Positions 51,319 to 61,505 of a DNA stretch of 64,000 nucleotides are shown here, one piece after another. Under the pieces are notes generated by a model. It did not search any database and had not been told where the DNA came from. It was given only the letters and a program-made list of their open reading frames with translations. The DNA is from an uncultured Acidobacteriota bacterium (GTDB lineage: Bacteria > Acidobacteriota > Terriglobia > UBA7540). The position numbers and the translations under genes were made by a program. The first letter of the stretch is position 1; each line of letters opens with the position of its first letter. Location: contig CAWDSK010000002.1 of assembly GCA_963804995.1 (NCBI GenBank), positions 1-64,000 on the forward strand, given 5' to 3'.

Positions 51319-51723
51319 ATGCCCCAATCCCTTGACGTCCTGGAGAACCAACGGGCGGAGTTGATCCGCCAGATCGCCCAACTGGGTGACCTCCGCAGTG
51401 GTTCGATCACCAGCATTACCGCCCGCTGCGGCAAGTCCAACTGTCACTGTCATCAGCCCCATCATCCCGGCCACGGCCCTAACTTCCGGCTCACTTACAA
51501 GGTGCAGGGCCGGACCGTCAGCGAAACCTTCCCCAGCCCTGCCGCCCGGCACCAGGCGGAACGACAGATTGCCGAGTTCCGCAGGTTTCAACAACTGCGC
51601 CGGGCCTTCGTGGAGGTGAACGAAAAAATCTGCCGTCAGCGCCCCCTCCCCCAGGAGGCCGAAGCGGCGGAGCAGGAAAAAAAACGGCGGAAGCCATTCA
51701 GCGGGAAGTGGCGCGAGAAGTAG
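51319..51723 (+). CDS. ISKra4 upstream ORF (intact)
   Basis: 134 aa, GAGGAGG RBS, ends after an A8 slippery run. Confidence 0.78.
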   Translation: MPQSLDVLENQRAELIRQIAQLGDLRSGSITSITARCGKSNCHCHQPHHPGHGPNFRLTYKVQGRTVSETFPSPAARHQAERQIAEFRRFQQLRRAFVEVNEKICRQRPLPQEAEAAEQEKKRRKPFSGKWREK

Positions 51724-53036
51724 AGTCCCTGCTGGCGGTGATCTTTGCTGGGCGGCGCAAGTCCGGGACGCTGGATTTGGAAGCCGTCGAGATGGCCACA
51801 CGCGCGGCCATGCACCGGGCGGGGGCGGCGGTGCTGGAGGAGTTGCTGGCCGCCCCGGACGAGTGCCCTCGCCAAGTTCCCTGCGGCTGTGGTCGGGGGG
51901 CCCCCTACCGCGGCAGGCGTCGGAAGCAACTGCTGACCGTGCTGGGGCGGGTTGAGACCGAGCGTCCCTATTACGTTTGTCCGGCCTGTCACCGGGGACA
52001 GAGTCCCCGCGATCAGGAACTGGATGTGGAGGGCACGGAATATTCTCCTGGGGTGCGACGGATGATGGCGGTGGTGGGCAGCGAAACCTCCTTTGCGCTC
52101 GGTTGAGAACAACTGCAACTGCTGGCCGGGTTGGAGGTGACCACCAAGGCCGTGGAACGGCAGGCAGAGGCTCTGGGCGCCGAGATTGCTGCCCAGGAAC
52201 AAGCCTCGATCCAGCAAGGCCTGCAACGGAACTTGCCGCAGGTGAGGGGACCGGAAATTCCGGTACTCTATGTGGAGATGGATGGGACGGGAGTACCGGT
52301 GGTGAGTTCGGAAACCGAGGGTCGAGCGGGGAAACAGAGCGAGCAAGCGCGCCCGCGGGAAGTGAAATTAGGTTGTGTCTTCGCCCAGACGACACGGGAT
52401 GCCCGGGGCCGACCGGCGCGCGAAGAAGGCTCCACCACCTACACGGGAGGCATCGAAACGGCCGAGGTTTTTGGGCGACGCATCTACCTCGAAGCATATC
52501 GTCGGGGCTGGAACCGGGCCCAAAAGAAAGTGGTGATCGGCGATGGTGCTCCTTGGATTTGGAACCTCACCGCCGAGCACTTTCCGGGAGCCATTCAGAT
52601 TGTGGATCTTTATCATGCCCGACAGCACTTATGGGAGCTGTCGGGCCAGCTCTGGCCCACCGACGAGCGCCACCGCCGAAGGTGGACCAGAAAACGGGAG
52701 GAGAAGTTGGAGAGCGGGCGGATCGAATCCCTAGTGCGCGATTTGCGCTCGCTGTTCCCAGCCACGCCCGAAGCCGCCGAACTCTTGCGCCACGCGGCAG
52801 ATTATTTTACCGTCAACGCCCAACGGATGCGCTATCCGACCTTTCGGCGTCAGCATCTGTTCGTAGGTTCCGGGGTCGTCGAAGCCGGCTGCAAAACCCT
52901 CATCGGCACTCGGCTGAAGCGCTCCGGTATGTTCTGGAGGGTCCGCGGGGCCAATGCCATCATCGCCCTTCGCTGCCATCGCTTGAGCGGCAAATTCGAG
53001 GATTACTGGGAGAACCGTCGCCCCCGCGCGGCCTGA
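51708..53036 (+). pseudogene. ISKra4 transposase with nonsense mutation
   Basis: CGA to TGA at 52104-06 relative to copy 1. Confidence 0.85.
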
Positions 53037-53536
53037 CCCACACAGATTTGTCGCACACCCCTACGCAGGGAAGTTCATTCGGCCGAGGAGCAGGTAACCC
53101 GGAGTCTGTGCCATTTGCGGTATTGCGAGAATAAGAATGATTCGGTCGTAGGGTCGCGGCTCCACCGTGCCGCGCTTGCTTCGAGACTCTGAGGTGGGAC
53201 TACAGTAAGTTGGCGTGGGAGGGGGAGGCGGGAAATCTGCCCGTCCGGCTTGACGAGAGGTGAGGCGATCAGCCTCGGCGAGGGGCGAAGAGGTCAGGTC
53301 AGCATCGCCTGCGCGCCTACTCTACCGTTGCAGGCCGCGACTTTTTGTCATGGTGCGACATGTCCCACATGTTGCTCTCCGCGGGGCATAGCGCGCCAGG
53401 TCCCACTTAATTCCCCACCTTCCCCCGTTTTGCACCCTGAGGTTTCGTCAACGACCCCGCGGCGGTTCACCTTCCCCCCTCGGGCGAGCGGCAGTGAATT
53501 CAAGTCAACCTTTCCTCAGCCGCGGAGTGCTGCGCG

Positions 53537-54902
53537 TCAGCTCCACTCCCGATCCCACGAGACGTTCATGATCCCACTGCGTGGTGGGTTCAAAGTAGCC
53601 GGTTCCGGGCATCAGGTGTTGTCTCACCATGTCTTCGTTGAGGGTGATGCCAAGCCCCGGTTTGTCCGGCACGGTGATCCAGCCATGATTGACAATCGGC
53701 TTCTCCACGCCCTCCACCATATCGCTCCACCAGGGCACATCGAGCGAATGGTTTTCAAGCGCCAGGAAGTTCAGCGTGGACGCGGCGCAGTGCACGTTGG
53801 CCATGCAGCTCACGGGCGTCCCGGCAAAGTGCATGGCCATGGGCACCGCGTATTCCCACGCCATGTCCCCGATTTTCTTGGTCTCAAGGATGCCACCCGA
53901 AGTGGCCAGATCAGGATGAATCTTACTGACGGCACGATTCGCACAGAGAACCTGGAAGCCCTCCTTGAGGTAAATATCCTCGCCCGTCAGAATGGGCGTG
54001 GGACTCTGGTCGGAGATCTGTTTCAGCAGGTCGGTTAACTCCCAGGGAATCACGTCTTCGATCCAGGAAAGGTTGTACTTCTCGTACGCCTTGCCGAGGC
54101 GAATGATCGACTTCACGCCGAGGTGGCCCAGGTGATCCATGGAAAGTGGAATCTCCATGCCCACGGCATCGCGCACCGCGGCAACATACTCTTCGAGCAG
54201 CGCGATGCCCTTGTCCGTGACTTCCATCGCGAGGAGAGGATGTGGCACCTCCTCCTTCTCCCATTCGCTCAGGCCGGAGCGCATGGTCACGGTGCCGGGC
54301 TTGTCCGCCACCATTTCGACTCCCAAATCCATTTTGAGCCAAGTAAGGCCCATGACGTCTTTGCGCTCCTTCATTCTCTGGGCATAGATTTTGGGGTCAT
54401 TGGACTCCGTAGTATCTGCGTAGACGCGGATCTTGTCGCGGACCTTGCCGCCCATCATGACGTAGACGGGCACGTTGTAAACCTTGCCCGCAATATCCCA
54501 TAGGGCCATCTCAACGCCGCACACGCCGCCCGCCTGGCGCGCCGGTCCGCCGAATTGCTTGATCTTGCGGAAGATTCGATCCACCTGAAGAGGGTTCTCG
54601 CCGAGGAGCCGGTTTTTCAGCATCAGCGCATAAGTGGCACTGGCGCCATCGCGGACCTCGCCGAGTCCGTACACTCCCTGATTGGTGTCGATGCGAATGA
54701 TGGGGCAAGGGCCAGGCCCGGGCTTCACCACCGTCGCCACTCGCAGGTCCGTGATCTTCAGGGTTGAAGGGCTGGAATTCGTGTTGACGCCTTTGGGGTA
54801 GGCCTCCATCGGCTCGCCGCCGAGGAGCGCGCCCCCCAACGCGGCCGCAGAGCCTTTCAATATTCCGCGACGGTTCATCAGGTAGGGATCGGATTTATTC
54901 AT
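53537..54902 (-). CDS. Mandelate racemase/muconate lactonizing enzyme family protein with Tat-like leader
   Basis: NRRGILK, GLGEVRD, EMALWDIAGK, WLKMDLG, WIED, TGED and ALENH. The true end is probably ERSWDREWS*, with an extra base near 53562. Confidence 0.88.
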
Positions 54903-54944
54903 CGTAGTCTCGCCTCCATATATTGAGAATCAGTCCCAGGGCGC

Positions 54945-55847
54945 TTACTCTTCCGGCATCCGCATTTTCAGGCCTTTCTCTTCCAGCCATTTGTTGAACT
55001 CCTGAATCATCGGCTTCGTCCACTTGCGATCGATCTGGCCGGGCGTGTACTTGCCCTCGCGCAGCATCTGGTGCCCCCACTCATCCACACGATGGGTCAT
55101 TTGCGCTTTGTCGATGACCTCCTGGGCGAGTTGGGGAGGGATGAAGGTAATTCCCTCCGGATCGCTCACGACTACGTCGCCGGGCAGCACCATGACATGG
55201 CCGATGCGGATGGGCACATTGATACCCATCAGCGTAGTGTCGCGCAAGGCGGAGGGATCGAAGTCACGGACGAAGACGTGCATGCCTTTGATTTCGGAAA
55301 TGCCCGTGAAATCCCGCACCGCGCCATCCACCACCAGCCCGTTGTGACTCATCGTGTAGATGGCGGTGGAGAGGTTGTCACCGGCATACGTCCCGTCCTT
55401 GATTTTCCCGAAGAGGTCCACCACCAGCACGTCACCGGGCGAGAGCATGTCAATCGGCCAGGAGTTCTGGGCCCCGACACGCCCCTCTGCCTTGCCCCTT
55501 TCGTCAATGATGGAGTTCACGTCGGGCCTCTGGGGCATGAAGACGGCCGTAAACACGCGGCCTACCATCCGCCCTCCCGGATTAATCTCGCGCCAGCCGC
55601 CTTCGAACTGATTTTTGAAGCCATGCCTCTGCAACGTTCCCCAGGCTTCCTCGGCATCCACATCCTTCAGCCCCTCGAGGATGGAGTCGGGTGCTTTCGG
55701 ACGACCGTCGGGAAATCGTTCTCCCTTCCACTCGCGTGTCAGGGCTATGCGCTGTTCGTTTGTGAACATGCCCAGTTGCGGAAATGCTGTCTTGGCAAAC
55801 GAGAAGACCAAAGCTACCACCAACGTGACTCGAATCCTCGCAGTCAT
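54945..55847 (-). CDS. RraA-family (HMG/CHA aldolase-like) protein with signal peptide
   Basis: GDVLVVD, AGDNL, VDGAVRD and PGDVVVSDPEG motifs. Confidence 0.85.
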   Translation of the reverse strand: MTARIRVTLVVALVFSFAKTAFPQLGMFTNEQRIALTREWKGERFPDGRPKAPDSILEGLKDVDAEEAWGTLQRHGFKNQFEGGWREINPGGRMVGRVFTAVFMPQRPDVNSIIDERGKAEGRVGAQNSWPIDMLSPGDVLVVDLFGKIKDGTYAGDNLSTAIYTMSHNGLVVDGAVRDFTGISEIKGMHVFVRDFDPSALRDTTLMGINVPIRIGHVMVLPGDVVVSDPEGITFIPPQLAQEVIDKAQMTHRVDEWGHQMLREGKYTPGQIDRKWTKPMIQEFNKWLEEKGLKMRMPEE

Positions 55848-55902
55848 ATTTCCTCTCCTTATAGATAGAACTTAAGATGGATTAAAACCGAAGCCCGACT
55901 AA

Positions 55903-56811
55903 GAGCTTATCCGTAAATAATAATCGTCTGTCGCCAGCAGATCATGGCCGCGGCTAAGGTTAGTAGGGCGACGTAGCTTTCCTCGGTCTTTTCAAAGCTC
56001 ACCAACACCTTACGGTATCGGTTGAGCCAGGAATGGGTCCGCTCGACCACCCAGCGGCGCGCCTTGTAACCGGGGACGAGGCGCTTTGCTTTCATCTCTT
56101 CTCGCCGTTGCTTGATATGCGGCCGGTAGTGGCGGTTCGTGGCCGCTTGCCGAGCGGGGGATCCCTTGTAACCCGCATCGGCGCAGAGGTGCTGGGGCTT
56201 TCTCGGTCTCGGCGCCGGTCGCGCTCTCACCACCTGGTCGAGGGTGGTGGCCAGCAGCTTCACATCATGGACGTTGGCTCCGCTGACGGCGAGCGACAGT
56301 GGGACGCCACGCCCGTCGACTAACAAACTTCGCTTGCGCCCATTTTTTTCCCCAATCCGTGGGATTCGGTCCCACACACGCCAAGGCCAGAGGGGCTTTC
56401 ACCAAGGCCCCGTCGATGCTTTGCCAGTCCCAGGCAATGCCCTCCAGATCATCGTACTCAGCCAGCCCCGACCGCCACAGCGCCAGAAAGAAACCCGCCC
56501 GCTGCCACTGTTGAAAATGCTTGTGGATCGCGCTCGCGCTGCCGAATTCCTTGGGCAAGGCCCTCCACTGACACCCCGTGCGTAGCACATACACAATGGC
56601 CGAGAAGATCCGGCGCGCCGGCATCGGCTTCCTCCCACCCCCCGGCTTCCGCCTATACTTTCGGCCTTTCGACCGCTGTCGAACGGGAATCAGCGGTTCG
56701 ACTTTCACCCAAAACTCGTCGGATACTTCCCAAGATTTTATCTGCGGCATCTTGGGTCATAATCATGCATCAAATTGTAGCAGGCTTCAACTATTATTTA
56801 CGGATAAGCTC
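55903..56811 (-). mobile_element. IS5-family insertion sequence, 909 bp, copy 2 (inverted)
   Basis: Same IRs as 4964-5872; TAA duplication (55900-02, 56812-14). Confidence 0.95.
55907..56750 (-). CDS. IS5-family transposase, split ORFs
   Basis: Near-identical to 5025-5868. Confidence 0.9.
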
Positions 56812-57010
56812 TAAGCCTATCACAAATTGAAATCAGCTTGAACGGGCATCCGAGCCTGCCAGGGAACAAAGTTCCCCAGAACAAAGTTCCCCACCGCGCG
56901 CGAAGGCCAAAACTCTGTTATTCTGCGAAGCTTCGAGGCGCCCTCTGGGGAGGCCATCGAGGGTCGTGCTGAAACGCGGAACGCCAACAACTCCACATAA
57001 AGGTCATGCC

Positions 57011-57424
57011 ATGAAATCCCATACGGAATATCTGTGGTTTAACACCAAGAAGCATCGCGAGTTCATCAACATTACGGATGAGGTGGAACAAGCACTCGCC
57101 AAATCGCAAGTCAAAGAGGGCCTGATCCTCGTCTCGGCCATGCACATCACGGCGGGCGTCTACGTGAACGACGCGGAAGACGGCCTGATTGCCGACATTG
57201 ACGAGTGGCTCGAAAAACTGGCGCCCTTCCGCGCCGACTACCGCCATCACCACACGGGTGAGACCAACGGCGACTCCCACCTGAAAAACCTGCTGGTCGG
57301 GCATCAGGTTATCCTGCCAGTCACCAACGGCAAGCTTGATTTCGGCCCTTGGCAGCAGGTTTATTACGCTGAGTTCGACGGCCAACGGCGCAAAAAAGTG
57401 TTGGTTAAGATTATCGGGGAGTGA
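57011..57424 (+). CDS. yjbQ: YjbQ / UPF0047 family protein
   Basis: MHITAG, NGDSHLK and [15 protein letters not shown] motifs. Confidence 0.9.
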   Translation: MKSHTEYLWFNTKKHREFINITDEVEQALAKSQVKEGLILVSAMHITAGVYVNDAEDGLIADIDEWLEKLAPFRADYRHHHTGETNGDSHLKNLLVGHQVILPVTNGKLDFGPWQQVYYAEFDGQRRKKVLVKIIGE

Positions 57425-57432
57425 GATTCCGC

Positions 57433-58437
57433 ATGCCGCCCATTATCGAAGTCCAGGATCTGACGAAGGAGTTCCGAACCTTCCGACGGCGCGAAGGCGT
57501 CCTGGGAGCCGTGCAGAACCTGTTCGTTCGGGAATACGTGACGGTGCACGCGGTCGACCACGTGAGCTTCTCCATTGAGCCCGGCGAGATGGTGGGTTAC
57601 ATTGGGGCCAATGGGGCAGGCAAATCCACGACCATTAAGGTGCTGACCGGCATCCTGGTCCCAAGCGGCGGCCGTGTCGTCTCCAATGGCTTCGTTCCTT
57701 ACCGCGAGCGCCGCCAGTACACGAAACATATCGGCGTCGTCTTTGGCCAGCGCACCCAGCTCTGGTGGGACATCGCGGTCGTGGAGTCCTTCAAGCTGCT
57801 CAAGGAGATTTACGAAATCCCCGAAAGCGATTTTCGCCGGCGGCTGGATTTGTTCGGCGAGATGCTGAACCTGAAGGAATACCTGCACACGCCGGTGCGC
57901 AAGCTGAGTCTGGGTGAGCGCATGCGCTGCGATCTGGCGGCTTCCCTGCTGCACAATCCTCCCGTGCTCTTCTTGGACGAGCCGACTATCGGCCTCGACG
58001 TCGTGGCCAAGGAGCGCATCCGCGAGTTCCTGAAGGAGGTCAACCGTACCGAGGGCACCACCGTGCTGCTGACCACGCACGACCTCTCCGACATTGAAGA
58101 GCTGTCGCGGCGCATCATCATTATCGACAAGGGCCATATCCTGTTCGACGGCGACCTGCCCGCCATGAAGAAGCGCCTGGCAAAATACACCCAGGTAAAG
58201 TTCTTCCTGAAGGACCGCTCGCAGGTTGCGCGCCTGGATCAGGTCCAAACCAACGGCATCCTCTGTGAGCGCCTTGACGAGCTCACCTACTTCATCCGCT
58301 TTGATCGCGACCGGATCTCCACTGCCGAGGTGATTCGGCAGATTGTCAACACGCTGGAAGTGCGCGACATCTTCATCGAAGAGGAACCCATTGAAGAAAT
58401 CGTCAAGCGCATCTACCTGAGCGGCGAGGTGGCCTGA
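57433..58437 (+). CDS. ABC transporter ATP-binding protein
   Basis: GANGAGKST, LSLGERMR and FLDEPTIGLD motifs. Confidence 0.93.
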   Translation: MPPIIEVQDLTKEFRTFRRREGVLGAVQNLFVREYVTVHAVDHVSFSIEPGEMVGYIGANGAGKSTTIKVLTGILVPSGGRVVSNGFVPYRERRQYTKHIGVVFGQRTQLWWDIAVVESFKLLKEIYEIPESDFRRRLDLFGEMLNLKEYLHTPVRKLSLGERMRCDLAASLLHNPPVLFLDEPTIGLDVVAKERIREFLKEVNRTEGTTVLLTTHDLSDIEELSRRIIIIDKGHILFDGDLPAMKKRLAKYTQVKFFLKDRSQVARLDQVQTNGILCERLDELTYFIRFDRDRISTAEVIRQIVNTLEVRDIFIEEEPIEEIVKRIYLSGEVA

Positions 58438-59294
58438 TGCCGGCCGCCACTATTGCCAGTTCGCCCGGAAGTGGACAGGCCCCCGCCTTCCGCTGGAAGC
58501 GCCTGCGCGTTTACCTGGAGTTCAGCCGTGTGGGCTTTGTGAACGCCCTCGCTTACCGGTTGCGCTACTTTACGGGAATTGTTACATATTTCATATACGT
58601 ATCCGTATATTACTTTATTTGGAAAGCTATTTACGAGCACAGCGCCGCGATTGAGGGGTTTGACTTCCCGCACCTGTTGACCTACATCGGCGTGGGCTGG
58701 ATCATCCGCTCCTTCTACTTCAACACCATTGACCAGGAAATTGCCTATCAAGTCATCGAAGGCCGCCTGGCGATGGACCTCATCAAGCCCGTTAACCTTC
58801 AGGGGATGTATCTGGCGCGCGCCGCGGGGGAGTCCGTCTTCCGCCTCGGCATGCTCACCGTGCCGACGGCTGTCGTGCTGTTTCTGGTCTACCCCCTGAA
58901 GGGGCCCGCGAGCCCCGGACACGCCTGCGCATTTCTGGTCAGCGTGATTTTGAGTTTTCTGATCGTGGCCGCCGTCAACTTTGCTGTGGGAACCTTCGCG
59001 TTGCGCCTGCAATCCATCCTCGGCCTCCTGCGCGCCAAGTTCTTCCTGTTGGAACTGTTTTCGGGACTTTTGTTGCCCATTTCTTTCTTCCCGGCCATCT
59101 TTCAAAAGATTTTTGCCGTGCTACCCTTTCAATACATCAGCTACATCCCCATGTTGATATACTTGGGCAAACTTCAGGGCGCGGATCTCGTTCGCGCCCT
59201 TGCCCTACAGGTATTCTGGGTAGCAATCCTGCTGGCCACCGGCGACGGGATGTGGAGATGGTCAAGCAAGAAGGTTACCATCCAGGGTGGCTAG
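58437..59294 (+). CDS. ABC-2 family permease (DUF990-like)
   Basis: Multiple TMs, DLIKP, FSGLLLPISFFP and C-terminal IQGG. Confidence 0.88.
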   Translation: MPAATIASSPGSGQAPAFRWKRLRVYLEFSRVGFVNALAYRLRYFTGIVTYFIYVSVYYFIWKAIYEHSAAIEGFDFPHLLTYIGVGWIIRSFYFNTIDQEIAYQVIEGRLAMDLIKPVNLQGMYLARAAGESVFRLGMLTVPTAVVLFLVYPLKGPASPGHACAFLVSVILSFLIVAAVNFAVGTFALRLQSILGLLRAKFFLLELFSGLLLPISFFPAIFQKIFAVLPFQYISYIPMLIYLGKLQGADLVRALALQVFWVAILLATGDGMWRWSSKKVTIQGG

Positions 59295-59421
59295 CGGACA
59301 GCAAGCGATATAGAATGGGCGGGGGAATGTGAAAACTTGGTGGGCGGTAACATCCAATTCTTGACCATGGTCACAGAGCGTACCCTGGTCGTTGGGGACC
59401 GTAGAGTAGGAGAGTGAAGAC

Positions 59422-60567
59422 ATGCGACGGCAAATTCTGATGGCGCTATTACTTGCGGTGGCATTAACCCCCGCATTGAAAGCCGATGAGGCGCACCCCA
59501 TTTTACCCCTGGGGGCTCAAGCGCCGGACTTCTGTTTGCCCGGCATCGACAACAAGACCCATTGCCTGAAGGACTATGCCTCAAGCAACGTCCTGGCGAT
59601 CATCTTCACTTGCAACCACTGCCCAACCGCGCAGCTTTATGAGGATCGTATCAAGAAGTTGGTCGCCGATTACCAGGGCCGCGGCGTGGCCTTTGTGGCG
59701 ATCGAACCCAACATTCCTCTGGCTGTACGGCTTAACGAAATGGGGTATACCGATGTGGGTGATTCGTTCGAGGATATGAAGATTCGTGCCGCTTACCGGC
59801 ACTTCAACTTCCCCTATCTTTACGATGGCGAGACGCAAGGCGTGACGCGCGCCTACGGTCCCAGCGCTACCCCGCACGTCTTCATCTTTGATTCGGAACG
59901 CAAGCTTCGCTACGAGGGGCGTATTGACAATAATCCGCGTGAGCAATTCGTTAAGCAAAAGGACACGCGCAACGCCCTGGACGCATTGCTGGCGGGCAAA
60001 CCCGTGCCCGTCGCGAAGACCCCTTCCTTCGGCTGCTCGACCAAGTGGGCCTCCAAGGAGGAGGGCCGCAAGGCGGAAATGGATGCCATCAAGCAAGAAC
60101 CTGTGACGCTGAAGCTCGCGAGCGCCGACGACCTCAAAGCGCTGCGCAAGAATCCCACGGGCAAGCTTCTGCTGGTGGATTTTTGGGCGACCTGGTGCGG
60201 GCCCTGCGTGAAAGCGCTTCCGGAATTTCAAACCATGTACCGCATGTATCGCCACCGGAAATTTGACGTCATCACGGTCAGCGCCAACTATCCTGACGCC
60301 AAGGCTGGGGTGACCGAGGCCCTGGAGCAAGAACACGCCTCCACCACTAACCTGCTTTTCGGGTCGATGGATATCTATTCGCTGATGGCGGCTTTTGATC
60401 CCGAGTGGAATGGCGCGCTGCCGTACACCGTGCTGATCGAGCCCGACGGCGCGGTCATTTACCGGCACCAGGGTGATGTTGATCCCTTGGAGATTCGCCG
60501 CCTGATTCAGGCCAACCTGCCGGACGACAACTACGTTGGCACCCAGGCGCATTGGCAAGCCCGGTGA
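59422..60567 (+). CDS. Exported two-domain redoxin (AhpC/TSA-like + TlpA-like)
   Basis: Signal peptide; CNHCP and FWATWCGPC motifs. Confidence 0.88.
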   Translation: MRRQILMALLLAVALTPALKADEAHPILPLGAQAPDFCLPGIDNKTHCLKDYASSNVLAIIFTCNHCPTAQLYEDRIKKLVADYQGRGVAFVAIEPNIPLAVRLNEMGYTDVGDSFEDMKIRAAYRHFNFPYLYDGETQGVTRAYGPSATPHVFIFDSERKLRYEGRIDNNPREQFVKQKDTRNALDALLAGKPVPVAKTPSFGCSTKWASKEEGRKAEMDAIKQEPVTLKLASADDLKALRKNPTGKLLLVDFWATWCGPCVKALPEFQTMYRMYRHRKFDVITVSANYPDAKAGVTEALEQEHASTTNLLFGSMDIYSLMAAFDPEWNGALPYTVLIEPDGAVIYRHQGDVDPLEIRRLIQANLPDDNYVGTQAHWQAR

Positions 60568-61364
60568 GTTCTGTCAAACGACACCTTCGGCTCTTCTTTC
60601 TCTACTTCGCCCAGTACGCGAAAGTGCGCATGGCGTACAAGGCGGACTTCATTATCGCCTTCTTCTCCTCCATGGCGGCCACGGTGCTGGGGTTTGGCTT
60701 CGTGCTGGTGCTGTTCTCCAAGATTCCGCGCTTGCAGGACTGGTCCTTCAACGAAGTGATGTTCCTCTACGGCTTCTCGCTTCTCCCGTTGGGTTTCTTC
60801 AACGTAGTGAGCTGGAATCTCTACGAGTTCGGAGAGCTTTACATCATCGAGGGCCGATTCGACCGAGTCCTGTTGCGGCCCGTCGACACACTGTTCCAAG
60901 TCGTCTTTGAGAAGTTCCGCCTGGAGTCACTCCAAGAGGTCCTGACTGGCCTGGTGGTAGTGGCCATCTGCATTCGCCGATTGCATCTCAGCTTGGGCGC
61001 CGGGGATTACCTTTGGTTCGTGCTCATGGTCGGGTGCGGAGCTGTCATCTATATGGCGGTGTTCTTGATCCTGACGGCGGTCTCCTTCTGGTTTGAAGAC
61101 CGCGTGGGAATTGTCCCGCCGGTTTTCAATATGCTCAATTTTGGCCGCTATCCCCTGACTATTTACAACGTTTTTATCCAATTCCTGCTGAGTTGGATCA
61201 TTCCCTTTGGGTTTGCCTCTTTCTACCCCACCACCCATTTCTTGGGACGGAATTCTTTTGCGACGTACTTCCATCTGGTACCCGGTGTTGCCCTAGGTTT
61301 CTCTGTACTGGCGATTGTAGTGTGGAACCGCGGGGTGGCGAATTACAGCAGCACGGGGACGTAA
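60564..61364 (+). CDS. ABC-2 family permease (DUF990-like)
   Basis: GRFDRVLLRP, FGRYPLTIY and YSSTG motifs. Confidence 0.88.
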   Translation: MSSVKRHLRLFFLYFAQYAKVRMAYKADFIIAFFSSMAATVLGFGFVLVLFSKIPRLQDWSFNEVMFLYGFSLLPLGFFNVVSWNLYEFGELYIIEGRFDRVLLRPVDTLFQVVFEKFRLESLQEVLTGLVVVAICIRRLHLSLGAGDYLWFVLMVGCGAVIYMAVFLILTAVSFWFEDRVGIVPPVFNMLNFGRYPLTIYNVFIQFLLSWIIPFGFASFYPTTHFLGRNSFATYFHLVPGVALGFSVLAIVVWNRGVANYSSTGT

Positions 61365-61505
61365 GCGGGTTTACGAGCAACAAATCCGATTCATAGCCCT
61401 CTCCGAGGGGTCGCAGATCCGCCGCGGCGGGAGAGGGTGCCCGACGTAGGAGGGCGGGTGAGGGGTCACTTCACTGCGCCGGCTGATACCTGAGGTCACA
61501 TCGAC

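Larger units (their letters stand above)
51224..53060 (+). mobile_element. ISKra4-family IS, copy 2 (tandem)
   Basis: Near-identical to copy 1, with the same IRs and 9-bp flank. Confidence 0.88.

Noticed and set aside
4964..56811. Composite transposon bounded by the two IS5 copies
   Set aside because: Each copy has its own target duplication, and the interval holds core genes such as dnaK and dnaJ.
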